Shown: positions 33,701-42,986, counted from the stretch's first letter. The stretch: DNA of 64,000 nucleotides from a virus (IMGVR_UViG_3300030376_006242); one strand, 5' to 3'. A program made the numbers and translations. The notes: generated by a model from the letters alone, not told the origin.

Positions 33701-36700
33701 TCAATTGGATGTACAGGACCTGCAGTTTTGATATATGTGTTTTGATCATACATAACAGGAAACGGTTTATGTGTGTAACCATTTGGAGCAATATATGTCT
33801 GTCCTGATTGTATTCTATAAACTAAATCTGTGGCAACAGGTTGATCATCAGTTAATAGAATAGGTTGTGGATTTAATCTTACTTTCGATTCATCCAGTTT
33901 GTATTCTATTTCGTCAAAAGTATCTACAGCACCATATTGACCTTTACGGATTGCCCACTCTTCAAAAAAGTCTAAACTTTCTTTATCAGCACTTGCTAGT
34001 GCATCAAACAATTTGTTCAAAGCATTTGCTGTGCCTTTTTCTCTTATAAATCCTTGATAAAATTTATACTGACTTACATCGTCGTTTATTATATTGCTCA
34101 AATACTGTCTTGGTTGATAACCAATTAAATGTTGAGCAAGTTTTTGTTGTTGTCTATCAAAATTATCTGTGTCTAAATCATAGAAGTCGCCAAATTGATT
34201 TGTTTGATAATCAAAGTTAGAAAGCAGATTGCTATCTGGCTTGCCATCTAATTTACGCCAATTATTACTATCAAATTCAGCAGTGCCTTTTAATTTTGAA
34301 TTTGCTGTATAATAAAACTGTTTGTGTTTTACTACATCACTCATTGCGTAGTCTGTGTATGGTTGCCAAGATTTTACTTTTGCTTCATCAAAAACAAAAC
34401 CTGGAATGTTTAAACTACCATCCCACTCTGTTAGGTAACCCAACATTTTAATTCTATCTTGTTTGTAACCACTTGCTGGGTCGTAAATTAAATCACTAAA
34501 TGCTGTTGTATTGTCAAGTAAACAAACGTGTTCTTTTTGAACTAGCGGCACTTTAGCAAAATATATTCCATTGATTGTATTTTTTGTTAACAATTCAAAT
34601 GTATTTGACTTACGTACAATTCTTAAATTGATTCTATCTAAAGTGTTTCCGTCTTCTTTCAATACTCCGTAAGAGTAACTGTTTTCTATCACATTGTCTG
34701 TTGTAGCAAATTTTGAATTTACAACTAATTTTTTGCTGGCTGGACTTAAACTTATTACAGCGCCTTCATCCCAGTTTTGTGTTGTCCAAAATAAAAACTC
34801 TTTAGCACTTAATTGCCAATTGGCAACCAATAAACTTTGTGAATCAAATTGGTCAAATTCAAAACCTTGTGATTTTAGATATGATTCGTAACCTAAAATT
34901 ATATCCACTACTGTTTGAATATTATCAATTACTGTGCCATAAGGAGCAGAAATAACTTTATCTGTTACAAAACTTTTTCTTAAAATTGCTGATGCTCCAC
35001 CTTCAGTAGGAAGTTCAACTATTTTTATAAATTTAGAACTGTCAAATGTTTCAGTTGATAAGTGTGTTTCATCTGTAGCATAAAAATTATCTTCATATTT
35101 TACATAAGAACCGCTATCATATCTTTTGTTTGCGTCCCATTTAACAAATGCGGCACTAACTCCACCTACATTTACTGTTGGATCACTGGCTTGTTCAAAT
35201 GGCATATGATATCTAATGTATGGATCATTTTTGTCATAACCTTTGATAGCAAAACCTGTTTGCTGTTTTTCTATGATTAAACCACTGTATGTTAAAATAT
35301 CTACTGGCGTAGAAACATTGTAAATCAGTTTGTAGTTTTCTTCTGGTACAAATAACGTTGATGAATTTAAAGGTGTTTTGCTATCCAATAATAATTTAAA
35401 TTTGTCTTTATTACTGAAGCCTCTTATTTTAAAACCAACCTGTGTTTGAATACCAGCAAATTGTTCTTTGTAATCTGTATAATTTGTAGTTTGTGAATCT
35501 TCCACTGTTTCATAAACGTAATTTAAAAGTCCTGATGTTAAAATTTCTGTTTCGTCATTTATACTGCTTGGCCACACAATATCAGTAGGTCTTACAGCAG
35601 TGGCTGAATTGTATACAATTTGACCACTAGCATTTCTGCCTACACGACTTGTATCTAAACCTATGCCTATTGCTTTACAAGGTTGGTGTAAAATGTAACT
35701 TTTTAAAAGAGCAAATGGATAATGAACACTTCTTCTCCATGTATTCTCTATTGGAGAGTGATCCCCAAATTTAAATTTTTGTTTTGTCAGTTGTAAAACT
35801 GCCCCTCTGGCATAAGCACTGTCAAATGGACTTCTTATGTTTCCTTCGCTGTCTACTGGTATATGACTTGCTAATCCTGGTCTTTTATAGTTTTCTTTTA
35901 CAACAATTTTTTTATTAGGCTCTCTCACAATACCTTTTTCAAGGTCTTGCCATAAAATTAAATTGTCTTTTGTGTAAGGTGCTGGCCCATACACTGATGA
36001 CCACCAACTAGGTTCAATTGTGTAACCCAACATCTCCCATGGAGTTATATTTGGTCTGTCAGTATCATAAGCATGATTATACACACCTCTCCAGAAACCT
36101 AATATATTTGTGTCATTAGGAGACACCATATTGCTGTAATTCCAAGTAAGACTGTTATCTTCTGCCCAATAAGTGTTTGCTGTGTAATCTTCGTTACCTA
36201 TAAATGTTAACCACTCGTTGAAATCTCCTAATAAAGTTTTGTTGATTGATTCTAAAGTGAATTTATTTTTTGAGTACGCTCTAGGAATAAATGATTTAAT
36301 TTCAAATAATTCTTCATCGTATGTACATTTAATATTGTTAAAAATTCTTTTTTCCATTTCTAAGATTACATCATCTCTGAAATCGTTAAAAGCAACCATA
36401 ACACTACCGTCATGACCTTGAAGCACATTTAATGGAGTTACTGCTGTTGTATCTAAATATTTCTTAGGAGCATATTTCGGATACAATCCTAGTTTTGTAG
36501 GAGTAGCAGGAATATGTGTTCCATTTGTTGTTTCAAATTCGTTTATTACTATTGTGTCATCAAGTGCCACAGTTTTTGTAATTTGTACAAAGCCATCTGA
36601 AAACACATAGTCAATATCATGTGTTAGTTGCGTACCATTGTGGTACACGTACACTGCTTTTGTAGACAATGTTGTTAAATTAAAACTAGATGATAAAGCA

Positions 36701-39441
36701 AAAAATTTATTATCTAAATCTAATATAGTATGTGTAGTTGTTTTAAAAGCACCTATACCCATCATGTCTGTTTTGAAGTAAGGTAAATTGTTGTTATTAT
36801 CTTTATTAATTTTACTTAAAATTTTATCAACAGTCTGGCTAGGCGTTCCATCAAAACCCAAGTCATCCATTGCTTTAATAAATGTTCTTTTGAATTTAAA
36901 ATAATCATACTGGCTAGTAGAAATAGAATTAATTAAATCAACTTGTCTGTTATCTAACAAGAATGATGCCAAAGGCATAGGGCCACTGTGTTGTAAAAAC
37001 TTTCTACCATATGCTGAAGCATTTGGAAAATCTCTTAGGTTGCTTACTCCTGGAGTTACACCTTCAATATCTACAAGTTCATTTGTTATTGATTTGACAT
37101 GGTCCGTAACTTGACCCACAGTAAATTTTGTTGTTTTAGCATTTAATGGATTAGACTGTAAATTTGTTGGGAATTCATAATGACCATTAGCATTTTTTGG
37201 TGTAGCACTGTTTGTTCTAATTACAACAACATCATCAACATTTAAGTCTTTTGTAAAATTAATATAAGCAATGCCATCTATTCTTAGAAAAGACCAATCT
37301 GTATTTTCAATCTTTTTAACATTGTTTACAAAAACATTTGCTGTTAAATCATTTAAGTCGCCACTTTGATTGTATACATCAATAGCGAAGTTATTCATTA
37401 GACTTGATGTAGCAACATACTGTCTATTAACTTTTTGAAAACTGTCTGTTGGTGCTTTTGTCCAACCGTTTACAGTTTTAAAATTTCCTGTGGCATCATA
37501 TTTTTTTAAAAATGCTGTTTCTGAGTTAAGAGTTCCACTTAAATTTTGTGACTGATATGTGTAATTTTCATTTAATAGATTAAAATCAAATACTATATCA
37601 CCTATATTTTCAACATTTGAATATGTTAAAGGAAAACCTAATTCTGTGTCTGCTGTTCCCGTGCCTTCAACATAAGTGAAAATTTTATTTCCTAAAAATG
37701 AACTATTAGGATACAATATTGAATCAGTGAAACTTACTCCATTGTCGTCAAATAAATCAAACAAAGGTGTCTGGTTGACTGCTGTTTTTTCTTGCCCTAC
37801 TTTCCAAGTAGTGCCTGTGTACCAATACCATTTACCTTGGTTCTTTTTTCCGTCTGTGGTTAAAACTGTATCACCTTCAACTGGTGAACCACCTGTAACT
37901 TCAACCAAACTGATTTGTTTAGTAGTGGTAGTTCCTTCTGTAAAATCAATAAATTTAACTTCAAAAATTTTGTCTTTTACTAATGGATCTGTATCAGCAG
38001 AAAAGATGACATTCATTCCGTTAGTCAAAGCAATGCCATCAATGTAAAAACCTTGTGAACCTTCTACGTCACTCATCGCATCAGTGGTTACTGTGTCAAT
38101 TAAGTCAATGTTTGTTTTTGCTTTAAAACCAAAGTTATATAATTTTATACCTGCTTCAAATTCAATAATAGGACGTCTTGCTCTAGTGGCTTGATCAATA
38201 TTGGCTGTTTGACCATTTGCTTTAGCACTTGCTTCTATTACAGATTTATGAATCCATCTGTTGTGTCTTGCCCATGGGTTTCTATCTGGAGATGATCTAT
38301 TGATTACAATGTAGTCTTTATCAACAGCATAAGAAGTAGCAGTACCAAATCCTACTGTATCAAAGTTTTGTGAATCAAATGGAATCGGAGTAACATCTGT
38401 AAAAGCACTTTTAACTTCTAGTTCTTGTGTATCTATTAATTGAATTGCTTCGCCAACTCCTTCAACAAAATAGTCTTTTTCCGCATACTGACTAGGTGTC
38501 ACTGTTCCGGCAAAATTTATTTTCATACCGTTAGAAAGTTCTACGCCGTCAGCCGTTGTGTAATTTTTTTTGCCAATTATTTCATTAGCAACATCAATGC
38601 TAGAGTTTTCTTCAATAGCATATATTTGTATCAGTCCCCAAGCATTAATATCATTATCACTTCCATAGTAAAGTTTTTCAGGTGCTGAATCTTTGACTTG
38701 AAAAGTCATTATTCCTTTTTCTACACTTTGTACATCTATTCCGTCAGTAACATTATATGATGCGTCTAATATTCTTTGTGTTCTAATAACAAAAGGTAAA
38801 CCTTCAGCATTAATATCAAACTTGTATGTTTGGCCTTTGTATAATTTAAGTGTTGGATTTGCTGTTAATCCATCTGGCGTGAAAATGTATGCGTAGTTGT
38901 CTGTTTGATCAGACTTTGTTACTGTATATGTGCTAACAACATTTCTTTGTTGTCCTGTGATTGTAACAGCAGAAGCACCGTATGGCATCCAAAAATATTC
39001 TCTGTAATTAACAAATTTGTCCCAATCAATTCTAGGAGACCAAGCATAATATTCTTGAGCGTTCAATACACTGTGATTGGTTACATCACCGTTAAAATTT
39101 TTAACTTGGTTAACAAAATCTATATAATCAGAATAGAAATTTACATTACCTAAATCATCTTGTTGTACAACACTAGGTTCAAACTTATAATTTTCTCTGT
39201 CTGCATCAACTTCAGGCACATACAAATCAGATGCTTTGTAGGCGTCCGTAATCTTACGTCCATAATAAGCATTTAATTTTTCTAATGTTCCTTGAGATAT
39301 TAATTGATCAAGTGTGCTGTGTAGAAATTTTTGGTTGACTGGTGTTCTAAAATATTTAGGTAAAAATTCTGAAGATTCTCTTTTACCGCTGTCTTTGCCT
39401 GAAGGCAAACTGAAATCTTTCTGATTGTTGTCGTATGCCAT
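24769..39441 (-). CDS. Giant 4,890-aa baseplate wedge/receptor-binding protein (gp7-like position)
   Basis: Single uninterrupted ORF directly after gp6; FG-GAP-like repeats, 'GDGSTT.F' repeats, 'I.I..GG.GY..P' repeats. Confidence 0.75.
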   Translation of the reverse strand: MAYDNNQKDFSLPSGKDSGKRESSEFLPKYFRTPVNQKFLHSTLDQLISQGTLEKLNAYYGRKITDAYKASDLYVPEVDADRENYKFEPSVVQQDDLGNVNFYSDYIDFVNQVKNFNGDVTNHSVLNAQEYYAWSPRIDWDKFVNYREYFWMPYGASAVTITGQQRNVVSTYTVTKSDQTDNYAYIFTPDGLTANPTLKLYKGQTYKFDINAEGLPFVIRTQRILDASYNVTDGIDVQSVEKGIMTFQVKDSAPEKLYYGSDNDINAWGLIQIYAIEENSSIDVANEIIGKKNYTTADGVELSNGMKINFAGTVTPSQYAEKDYFVEGVGEAIQLIDTQELEVKSAFTDVTPIPFDSQNFDTVGFGTATSYAVDKDYIVINRSSPDRNPWARHNRWIHKSVIEASAKANGQTANIDQATRARRPIIEFEAGIKLYNFGFKAKTNIDLIDTVTTDAMSDVEGSQGFYIDGIALTNGMNVIFSADTDPLVKDKIFEVKFIDFTEGTTTTKQISLVEVTGGSPVEGDTVLTTDGKKNQGKWYWYTGTTWKVGQEKTAVNQTPLFDLFDDNGVSFTDSILYPNSSFLGNKIFTYVEGTGTADTELGFPLTYSNVENIGDIVFDFNLLNENYTYQSQNLSGTLNSETAFLKKYDATGNFKTVNGWTKAPTDSFQKVNRQYVATSSLMNNFAIDVYNQSGDLNDLTANVFVNNVKKIENTDWSFLRIDGIAYINFTKDLNVDDVVVIRTNSATPKNANGHYEFPTNLQSNPLNAKTTKFTVGQVTDHVKSITNELVDIEGVTPGVSNLRDFPNASAYGRKFLQHSGPMPLASFLLDNRQVDLINSISTSQYDYFKFKRTFIKAMDDLGFDGTPSQTVDKILSKINKDNNNNLPYFKTDMMGIGAFKTTTHTILDLDNKFFALSSSFNLTTLSTKAVYVYHNGTQLTHDIDYVFSDGFVQITKTVALDDTIVINEFETTNGTHIPATPTKLGLYPKYAPKKYLDTTAVTPLNVLQGHDGSVMVAFNDFRDDVILEMEKRIFNNIKCTYDEELFEIKSFIPRAYSKNKFTLESINKTLLGDFNEWLTFIGNEDYTANTYWAEDNSLTWNYSNMVSPNDTNILGFWRGVYNHAYDTDRPNITPWEMLGYTIEPSWWSSVYGPAPYTKDNLILWQDLEKGIVREPNKKIVVKENYKRPGLASHIPVDSEGNIRSPFDSAYARGAVLQLTKQKFKFGDHSPIENTWRRSVHYPFALLKSYILHQPCKAIGIGLDTSRVGRNASGQIVYNSATAVRPTDIVWPSSINDETEILTSGLLNYVYETVEDSQTTNYTDYKEQFAGIQTQVGFKIRGFSNKDKFKLLLDSKTPLNSSTLFVPEENYKLIYNVSTPVDILTYSGLIIEKQQTGFAIKGYDKNDPYIRYHMPFEQASDPTVNVGGVSAAFVKWDANKRYDSGSYVKYEDNFYATDETHLSTETFDSSKFIKIVELPTEGGASAILRKSFVTDKVISAPYGTVIDNIQTVVDIILGYESYLKSQGFEFDQFDSQSLLVANWQLSAKEFLFWTTQNWDEGAVISLSPASKKLVVNSKFATTDNVIENSYSYGVLKEDGNTLDRINLRIVRKSNTFELLTKNTINGIYFAKVPLVQKEHVCLLDNTTAFSDLIYDPASGYKQDRIKMLGYLTEWDGSLNIPGFVFDEAKVKSWQPYTDYAMSDVVKHKQFYYTANSKLKGTAEFDSNNWRKLDGKPDSNLLSNFDYQTNQFGDFYDLDTDNFDRQQQKLAQHLIGYQPRQYLSNIINDDVSQYKFYQGFIREKGTANALNKLFDALASADKESLDFFEEWAIRKGQYGAVDTFDEIEYKLDESKVRLNPQPILLTDDQPVATDLVYRIQSGQTYIAPNGYTHKPFPVMYDQNTYIKTAGPVHPIDITLTLADYDDLLTTSSLSTLQENQYVWIGNNQGTWSVLKYTNTDQQITSVIKDGSTITVNTLTTANMQAGEIFVVNANGTDYVLKCSSVNLTSIVCEDKEGFVSIDPATGIIKRFTESRLSSINDINTTINVKGLKDNEKFWIDQSDDGTWKIVNNKFVFKKHNELSTTTESGDSSFGTVIAANKQNTTVLVSQPTDGDGKIYVFNRGFESGTLVLKQIIEAPTTDPLINLDIFGPNSSFGKGVDISPDGKFVLVGAPTADNLQTEYKGVFNPTSNYNVGNIVQYKQQLWRAVNQIEGAVAQDLFSTFDSSAFYKENVGFQTTNLLIGDSIFLNKTTDHLLIRASADQYSATKIGDRLILNYLDFSSEYPLDRSNYSKAPNQPFGGVSSPTIKDNVFSGTDVPIQEKIDEILEISNTLVDPAVGQTVITGTAEGTVAYIRKVASKSLIYLKDVSGVFEASATLFLDLQPVGDYTRVNSEDYNYLGGWWKVAVGANVSTNAGSDISTSVVVRDIKVQNEVRDTNSFFSSLEQPIVPITPQTPLVKAQFGVGSHYETYKINPANNTWEVSGQNILSNKWFVRTGYDIAHDSTLNTSNSSNNISVYFNNVDSSAYDFSDLSISASDTNGLKEVVDVWEGYVDVDSQPDNNANYYFPEAGVHQIYDPSTQAQADVTFVQFIALEKIRIYFNNSNGKQFSLGSDAGVSSTLTRLGGGVNRSLGSIEQTVQSGPADGDILVFNHTQNISVTGNQNFYAVNDIEYWIWDEFENVPGISQSANIPSSQNKDYVQVYNIPVGEGVQSGLTNQGAFLVYKKNTDGIFEYNSAYTVPDTQSGLRLGNRIQIREVADTTVAFIGAEGDGSSNLPGKVYFIKYSATKNWWLGIDEKYMGLFDDQADYIKDELVVYNNQLYKASTNISAGAFQTSLWQLQDTHTDVLGYVPNDSGIELQGDSTLDQSNLIRFAKTFDVDTNGVNLVVTNEYGDDRQNVVVYRNTDGHYTYKQTITPLDDSTPIINFGADISISGDGELIAIGSPLKDLTEIDMGVVNVYKKVNNDSGQYVLNQTLVSPSMETSEQFGSTLSFSGDTLAVTSFKGDQQVDDGSTVFDTRHDVGSVHIFEKFENTLLYAEKFSYDETFTEFGTNLLVNNNHVYIGLPKLQLAGKEKGTVVNFRKSPEQNNWTSLHQSVGGVAQPDLSKVQGIFLYSKSKNKLLTRLDFVDPITGKIPGPAEAEISYKTNYDPAVYNNDSAVGTVDKTNHWDESQVGKLWWNISKAKYYYPYLDNIIFNNSYWNKLFVGASIDVHEWSESSYTPTQYNAISQSEDGSALGITGTVENTTNFVTKRIYDKVAGKFNNRYYYWVKSKTTTPEIENRLLSANAVEKLIKDPRGQGYKYVSVFGENKFAIVNCDSFIEANDTVINFRINNVDSNNNVHKEYALITEGSATSTLPKDIETVWFNSLIGYDAQSNQIPDPNLSDKLKYGTLQNPRQSWFADKQEALKQVIERVNTSLKTNLIVDEVDLSNLIQSDPAPLINSGLFDTTIDTEQELDFVGIGSVKPAFLNITITDGKISNVVVTDAGKGYKSIPTVKIKSLTGEGALIGLTIDTNGSINSAKVLKSGKNYSNNATIEVRPFSVLVNNDSTVDGKWAIYGYVTGDGWQKTKIQSFNVNLYWEYADWYATNYNSYTAIDHVISQSYLINSLEDSIGQIVKIENIGSGGWLLLEKIDDQADVDYTVNYKTIGRQNGTIQFSDKLYVYSGNVGFDSNSFDIQLYDRQPIQETRVVLETIRDKIFVEELAIEYNKLYFSSIQYALSENKLNDFVFKTSFVKAQHNVGQLEQKITFKNDNLSNYEDYVQEIKPYKSKIREYVSSYEKLEPTNSVITDFDYPPRYVNGIITPSKVTINNDQLVGADGITTYPDKNWKDNIGFKITGINIADGGTAYTNPPAVEITGGGGSGAKATAYIKNGVVYRINVTAGGSGYISSPTIILSGSTTGVQAKASAVLGESLTKTSHIGIKFDRNTGDSFITNLNRTETFTGNNSQIKFKLKWPMDVRTNTISILVAGKKQLKSTFTYGNETDNTKTYTRQTGFIQFNLPPANLSSVSISYKINEDVLNTADRFELYQPTAGMPGKELAQVIDGIDYGGVEVRSIGLEDTVGWGNEPYMQGEWDTFDETYEDQEFYLDGSTLTLNLSKPLEQGVEYHVYHKMYLGKDNLGKDQWARIKRMDDPNFGTGNPVTNTNAVMASLQGDGSTNTVDVSAIETGDKDEIIVRKSTSDGAYLPDPNAVDTLVKGGDLAYSTAQGINAEDINIDGDGFVTETSAKGPEEFVPGQVLDTLDIQVYDRGQNTGSKINSYNYLGDGATTQFSFVDAPQSNTAIFLSVDNILYNSNQYTVDYQDKFIEITPAPTTGAKINFITMGNNGEAILDTDTFKGDGSTVEFVTRAKFTQGNIQTFVRVDGEESAYTVIETDSSYAVPNRVAIRFNTAPTSNSYINIVVYASASQSFSEVTQDIFTGDGSTTTYQMNQTPFSQKPFTNNVIVKVGNDVLRSGFHRKFTVSTLREYEFKNWQVLPGLINASDVRAFLNKTELTSAEYRWNPGTSSVTLTSGVGEIGDILDVYIENGEYSVSDTGLITFTSAPAQSSTITAYQFSKHDVQDIDRTQYDVVAKLTVTVNTDDYFQYNQLTSGVVKLNRPAVDAQYVWVCLNGEWLAPSIDYTVSNNQMFLKISRTLSQNDEIDVIHFTAPSFIGKFAYRQFKDLMNRTHFKRLGNDRQYTLAENLSWNDKEITLIDATGITEPSVASQLPGIVFIDSERIEYYKKDGNKLQQLRRGTFGTGIAEIHHANTDVHDQSAFQNVPYKDNFISETYTGADVVNNTLNIGFTPKTANEFELFVGGKRLRKNSISVYDPALGQDSPEADSTVPAEFSVTGTTAVITFTNTPAENAQILLVRKQGKIWQTGTDPLSQTENDIARFIRQKEVAVPQ

Positions 39442-42400
39442 TAATATCCACTTCCTCCACTAGAGCCTCCGCTTGAACTTCCACTTGAACTTCCACTGGA
39501 ACTTGAACTTGAACTTCCGCTGTAACTTGGACTTGAACTTGAACTAGTAGGCAATGTGCCACTTAATGTGCTGGTTGTTGATGAACTTGTTGTTATGTTA
39601 CCATCTGCTTTTAATTTTGAGGCTGTTACAGCATCTATAATTTCAACATCAGAAACTTTTGCTCCGCTGATAAAAATTTCATCATTTTCAGATTTTACTT
39701 CAAATAAACTACCAAATGCTTTAGAACCTTCTTTAGGTACAATAACGAAAGTTGCTAGGTCAGGTGCTAATTCATTCATCACATATGTGCTTAATTCTGT
39801 AAAGTAGAAAGTATCTCCGAATTCCCAATTTTCTAAAGCAAAGAATTGATTGATTGCTGTTATAATTCTACTTTTCACATCACTATCGTTTGTGACTTGC
39901 TCTGTGTTTTTAACAATTTTAAATGTTGCTTGTAAACTTGTATCTGCTTGTGACCCAAATAATATTTTGTATTTTACTGGATGATACACTATTGTATCAC
40001 TTATTGATTTAATTTTTGCTAACGGAGTGTTAAAGTTTGTGTACAATGAATCATTGCTTGGTAACAATGGTTTCGTTGCTGTTACACCTGCCAACCACAA
40101 TCTAAAATTAATGTCATAAGTTCTTGTTAGTATGTACATATCAATTATATTAGATGAACTTGGGTCAAGTCTTGTGTTACCGTCCACTGTGTGTACATAT
40201 TGAAACTTAACTTTGTCTCTACCAACATGAGCAACATAATTGGTTACATCAGTTGTTGTGTTCGTTGTTGTATTAACTTGTTTGAAACTGTCGCTGTCTA
40301 TTAGATACACAATAGAACCATTTGGATAATCTCCAATAGCGCCTACAGACGTTTGTCTAGTGTAAATGAATTCTTCTGTAGCATCACAATATTGATATCT
40401 TTCTGTGCCATCTGTATTTTTCACAAGTTTTTGAAAAATGTATTTTGTTGATGCATTTGTGCTAGGATCAACAACAAGGTCAAAAGCATTTGGATTGTCA
40501 ACTATGCCGTCTTGGTCAGAATCAAATTGTGTTAATTCAATTTTAGCACTGTCAACATAACCGTTTTGTGTTCTGTATTCTGTTGAAATAGCAAAATTTA
40601 TATCATTGTTAAACGCATTATTGCTGTCTGGTTTTGTATTAATTGATAATACTGAAATTTTATCTTGAATTGTTGCTCCAGTTTTAGCATTGAAGTTTCT
40701 GTCAGCACTATCATAAAAGAATCTTACTTCTTTTTTACTTTCAAACACATAACGTAATCCTCTAAATGTAATTGTATATGTAGCACCATTGTTTACACAC
40801 TTGATTAACCAACTAGCATCTAATTGCTGATTTGATTCGTCACCTGTTTTACCAACACTGAAAGTGCCAAAAACATTTAAATTGTTTTCATCAATTACAT
40901 TCCATTTTCTAGTTTGAACATCGTAACGTATTCCAAAATTATTATAAGCAAAAGCCTGATCTATAATTAATGTTTTTACATCATCTGAAAATTGTTTTGA
41001 AAATTTAGGTAAAATTTCACTAGCAACAGCACTTGTAGGTATAACATCATTAAACTTAACAGCACCTTCGCCTGTGGATGTGTTTGACACTCCATCATTG
41101 AATACACTCACAACTGAAGTCCAAATATAGTCTTTAGCACCTGGGTGGTCACCTGGTCCTGCCATTAAACTATTGTCTGGCATAAAATGAAAACCAGTTG
41201 GTGCCACAAATTTTACCATAGCACCTGGCTCTATGTATTTTAATTGACTGGCTGTAAAAGAACCTACTTGATAATCAATAACATTTACAGCATCTATAAA
41301 TTTCCCTGTTGATTCATTTGTAGCATTTGTAACTTGTTGCCATACTGGAACAAAATCTGTTAAAATTACTTTTGGAAATTTTTCTATGTAAAAGTTTCTT
41401 GTTTGTTGTTTAGACAATAAAGGTTCCAATTGATTTACAATTACACCTTCTATATCAGTTTGTGTTGCAAAACTAAAAGTATCTAAATTTTCTGTTTCTT
41501 CTTTGTATATTACACCGTCTGCACCAAATACATTTGTGTTACTGTATTTGCCTGTAGCATCAATTAAATCATAATATCTTGATATTCCACTCGCAGTTCT
41601 ATTTGTTGCTTTTACTTTAATAATTTCTTGATTAGTTCCAAGTGGAGCAACATTATAATCTTCACCTGTAATCATTCTGTTTTGAGTATAATAAGTTGCA
41701 GGAGCATTCAATCTAATATTGTCGTTAGTTTCTGATGACGTTGCGTTGTCAACTGTGTATTGTAAACCAAGTGTAAATGTTAAAACTTCTACTTGGTTGT
41801 TACTTGATACATATTGAACATCTACTTGTATGTTCTGCATATCAGCAGGAGTAATTCTTATATTTTGATTTTTACTTCTTCTGTAATAAACTTTAAAATT
41901 ACCTTGCGGTAAATTTCCAAATATACCATCAGCAAACTTTAAACTGATTGAATCATCAGCACCACTTAATACTGTGTAAATATTTCTTATATTTTTTTCT
42001 GTTGAGTTGTATATCACGTTGTTACCAGTGACTGAATCAACTTTAGTCCACAATGTATCTTCTAATCCAGTGTCAGTATCAAGTGTGTATAACCAAACGT
42101 CAGTATTATTGATATTGCTAGATTCTATTGCTACTGATTGATTGTTTGAAGGAACATCTATGTTAAAATCACCATTATCAAGAACTCCTTGTCTAAAGTG
42201 TGCGAAAAATCCTGTGTTGTTACTACTAGCACCTTTGCCATCATCTCTATACAACATACTAAACTTTCTGCCTGTTAAAGGTGCTTCTTCAACAATAGCA
42301 CCATCGTTAAAAGATGTTGAAACAATTTCAAAAGGTAAATTTTGTCCATTTACAGTTTTGTCAAAAGCATAAACTGGAACATCTAAACTGTTAGCATTAA

Positions 42401-42965
42401 TTCTGTATTGATTAGTTGGAATAGCATCTATGTTTTCAGATTTCACTGGATTGCCAAACTTTTCATTTTCAGCCAATGAAGCATTTAAAATTTTTATAAA
42501 CTGTTCGTACCAATTAGTGTTACCTGAATCATTCCAAGTTACTGTTTGACCACTTAGGTTTAAGTTATTACTGTCTACAATATTTTCAGTTGTACTGATT
42601 CCTACTATTTTCAATAAACCATTTGCGGCTTGATTACGTGTTGGATTGTAACTGATCAGTCTTGCTAAACGCAAAATTGATTCTCTTCTGTCTGCTGTTT
42701 CTAAAAAATTTTCTCTAGCATTTAAATCTGTTCTGAATGCCAAATTTTGACCTAGGTAAGCAACCAAATCTATCAATGCTAGGTACTCTGAAGATTCAAT
42801 ATAATCATTGAAATCTTCTGGATAATTTTGTCTAATGTATTGAATCATTGTTCTACGGATAGTGTCAAAGTCGTAACTTTTAAATTCCGCATTTTTATAA
42901 GACTGGTATACTCTTTTCCAGTCTTCTGCCAACAATAATCTGTTTTGTCTATCTGTGGATGACAT
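39441..42965 (-). CDS. gp6: Baseplate wedge protein, T4 gp6-like
   Basis: 'YDFDTIR', 'RENFLETA..RESIL.LA.LISY.P', 'F.DGIFG', 'APATYYTQNRMIT.EDY'. Confidence 0.85.
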   Translation of the reverse strand: MSSTDRQNRLLLAEDWKRVYQSYKNAEFKSYDFDTIRRTMIQYIRQNYPEDFNDYIESSEYLALIDLVAYLGQNLAFRTDLNARENFLETADRRESILRLARLISYNPTRNQAANGLLKIVGISTTENIVDSNNLNLSGQTVTWNDSGNTNWYEQFIKILNASLAENEKFGNPVKSENIDAIPTNQYRINANSLDVPVYAFDKTVNGQNLPFEIVSTSFNDGAIVEEAPLTGRKFSMLYRDDGKGASSNNTGFFAHFRQGVLDNGDFNIDVPSNNQSVAIESSNINNTDVWLYTLDTDTGLEDTLWTKVDSVTGNNVIYNSTEKNIRNIYTVLSGADDSISLKFADGIFGNLPQGNFKVYYRRSKNQNIRITPADMQNIQVDVQYVSSNNQVEVLTFTLGLQYTVDNATSSETNDNIRLNAPATYYTQNRMITGEDYNVAPLGTNQEIIKVKATNRTASGISRYYDLIDATGKYSNTNVFGADGVIYKEETENLDTFSFATQTDIEGVIVNQLEPLLSKQQTRNFYIEKFPKVILTDFVPVWQQVTNATNESTGKFIDAVNVIDYQVGSFTASQLKYIEPGAMVKFVAPTGFHFMPDNSLMAGPGDHPGAKDYIWTSVVSVFNDGVSNTSTGEGAVKFNDVIPTSAVASEILPKFSKQFSDDVKTLIIDQAFAYNNFGIRYDVQTRKWNVIDENNLNVFGTFSVGKTGDESNQQLDASWLIKCVNNGATYTITFRGLRYVFESKKEVRFFYDSADRNFNAKTGATIQDKISVLSINTKPDSNNAFNNDINFAISTEYRTQNGYVDSAKIELTQFDSDQDGIVDNPNAFDLVVDPSTNASTKYIFQKLVKNTDGTERYQYCDATEEFIYTRQTSVGAIGDYPNGSIVYLIDSDSFKQVNTTTNTTTDVTNYVAHVGRDKVKFQYVHTVDGNTRLDPSSSNIIDMYILTRTYDINFRLWLAGVTATKPLLPSNDSLYTNFNTPLAKIKSISDTIVYHPVKYKILFGSQADTSLQATFKIVKNTEQVTNDSDVKSRIITAINQFFALENWEFGDTFYFTELSTYVMNELAPDLATFVIVPKEGSKAFGSLFEVKSENDEIFISGAKVSDVEIIDAVTASKLKADGNITTSSSTTSTLSGTLPTSSSSSPSYSGSSSSSSSGSSSGSSSGGSSGGSGY
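39446..39547 (-). repeat. Low-complexity Ser/Gly-coding repeat at gp6 C-terminus
   Basis: Tandem GAACTT / CCACTTGAACTT units encoding SSSSSPSYSGSSSSSSSGSSSGSSSGGSSGGSG. Confidence 0.85.
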
Positions 42966-42986
42966 TGGTTTCCTTTGTTATAGCAT

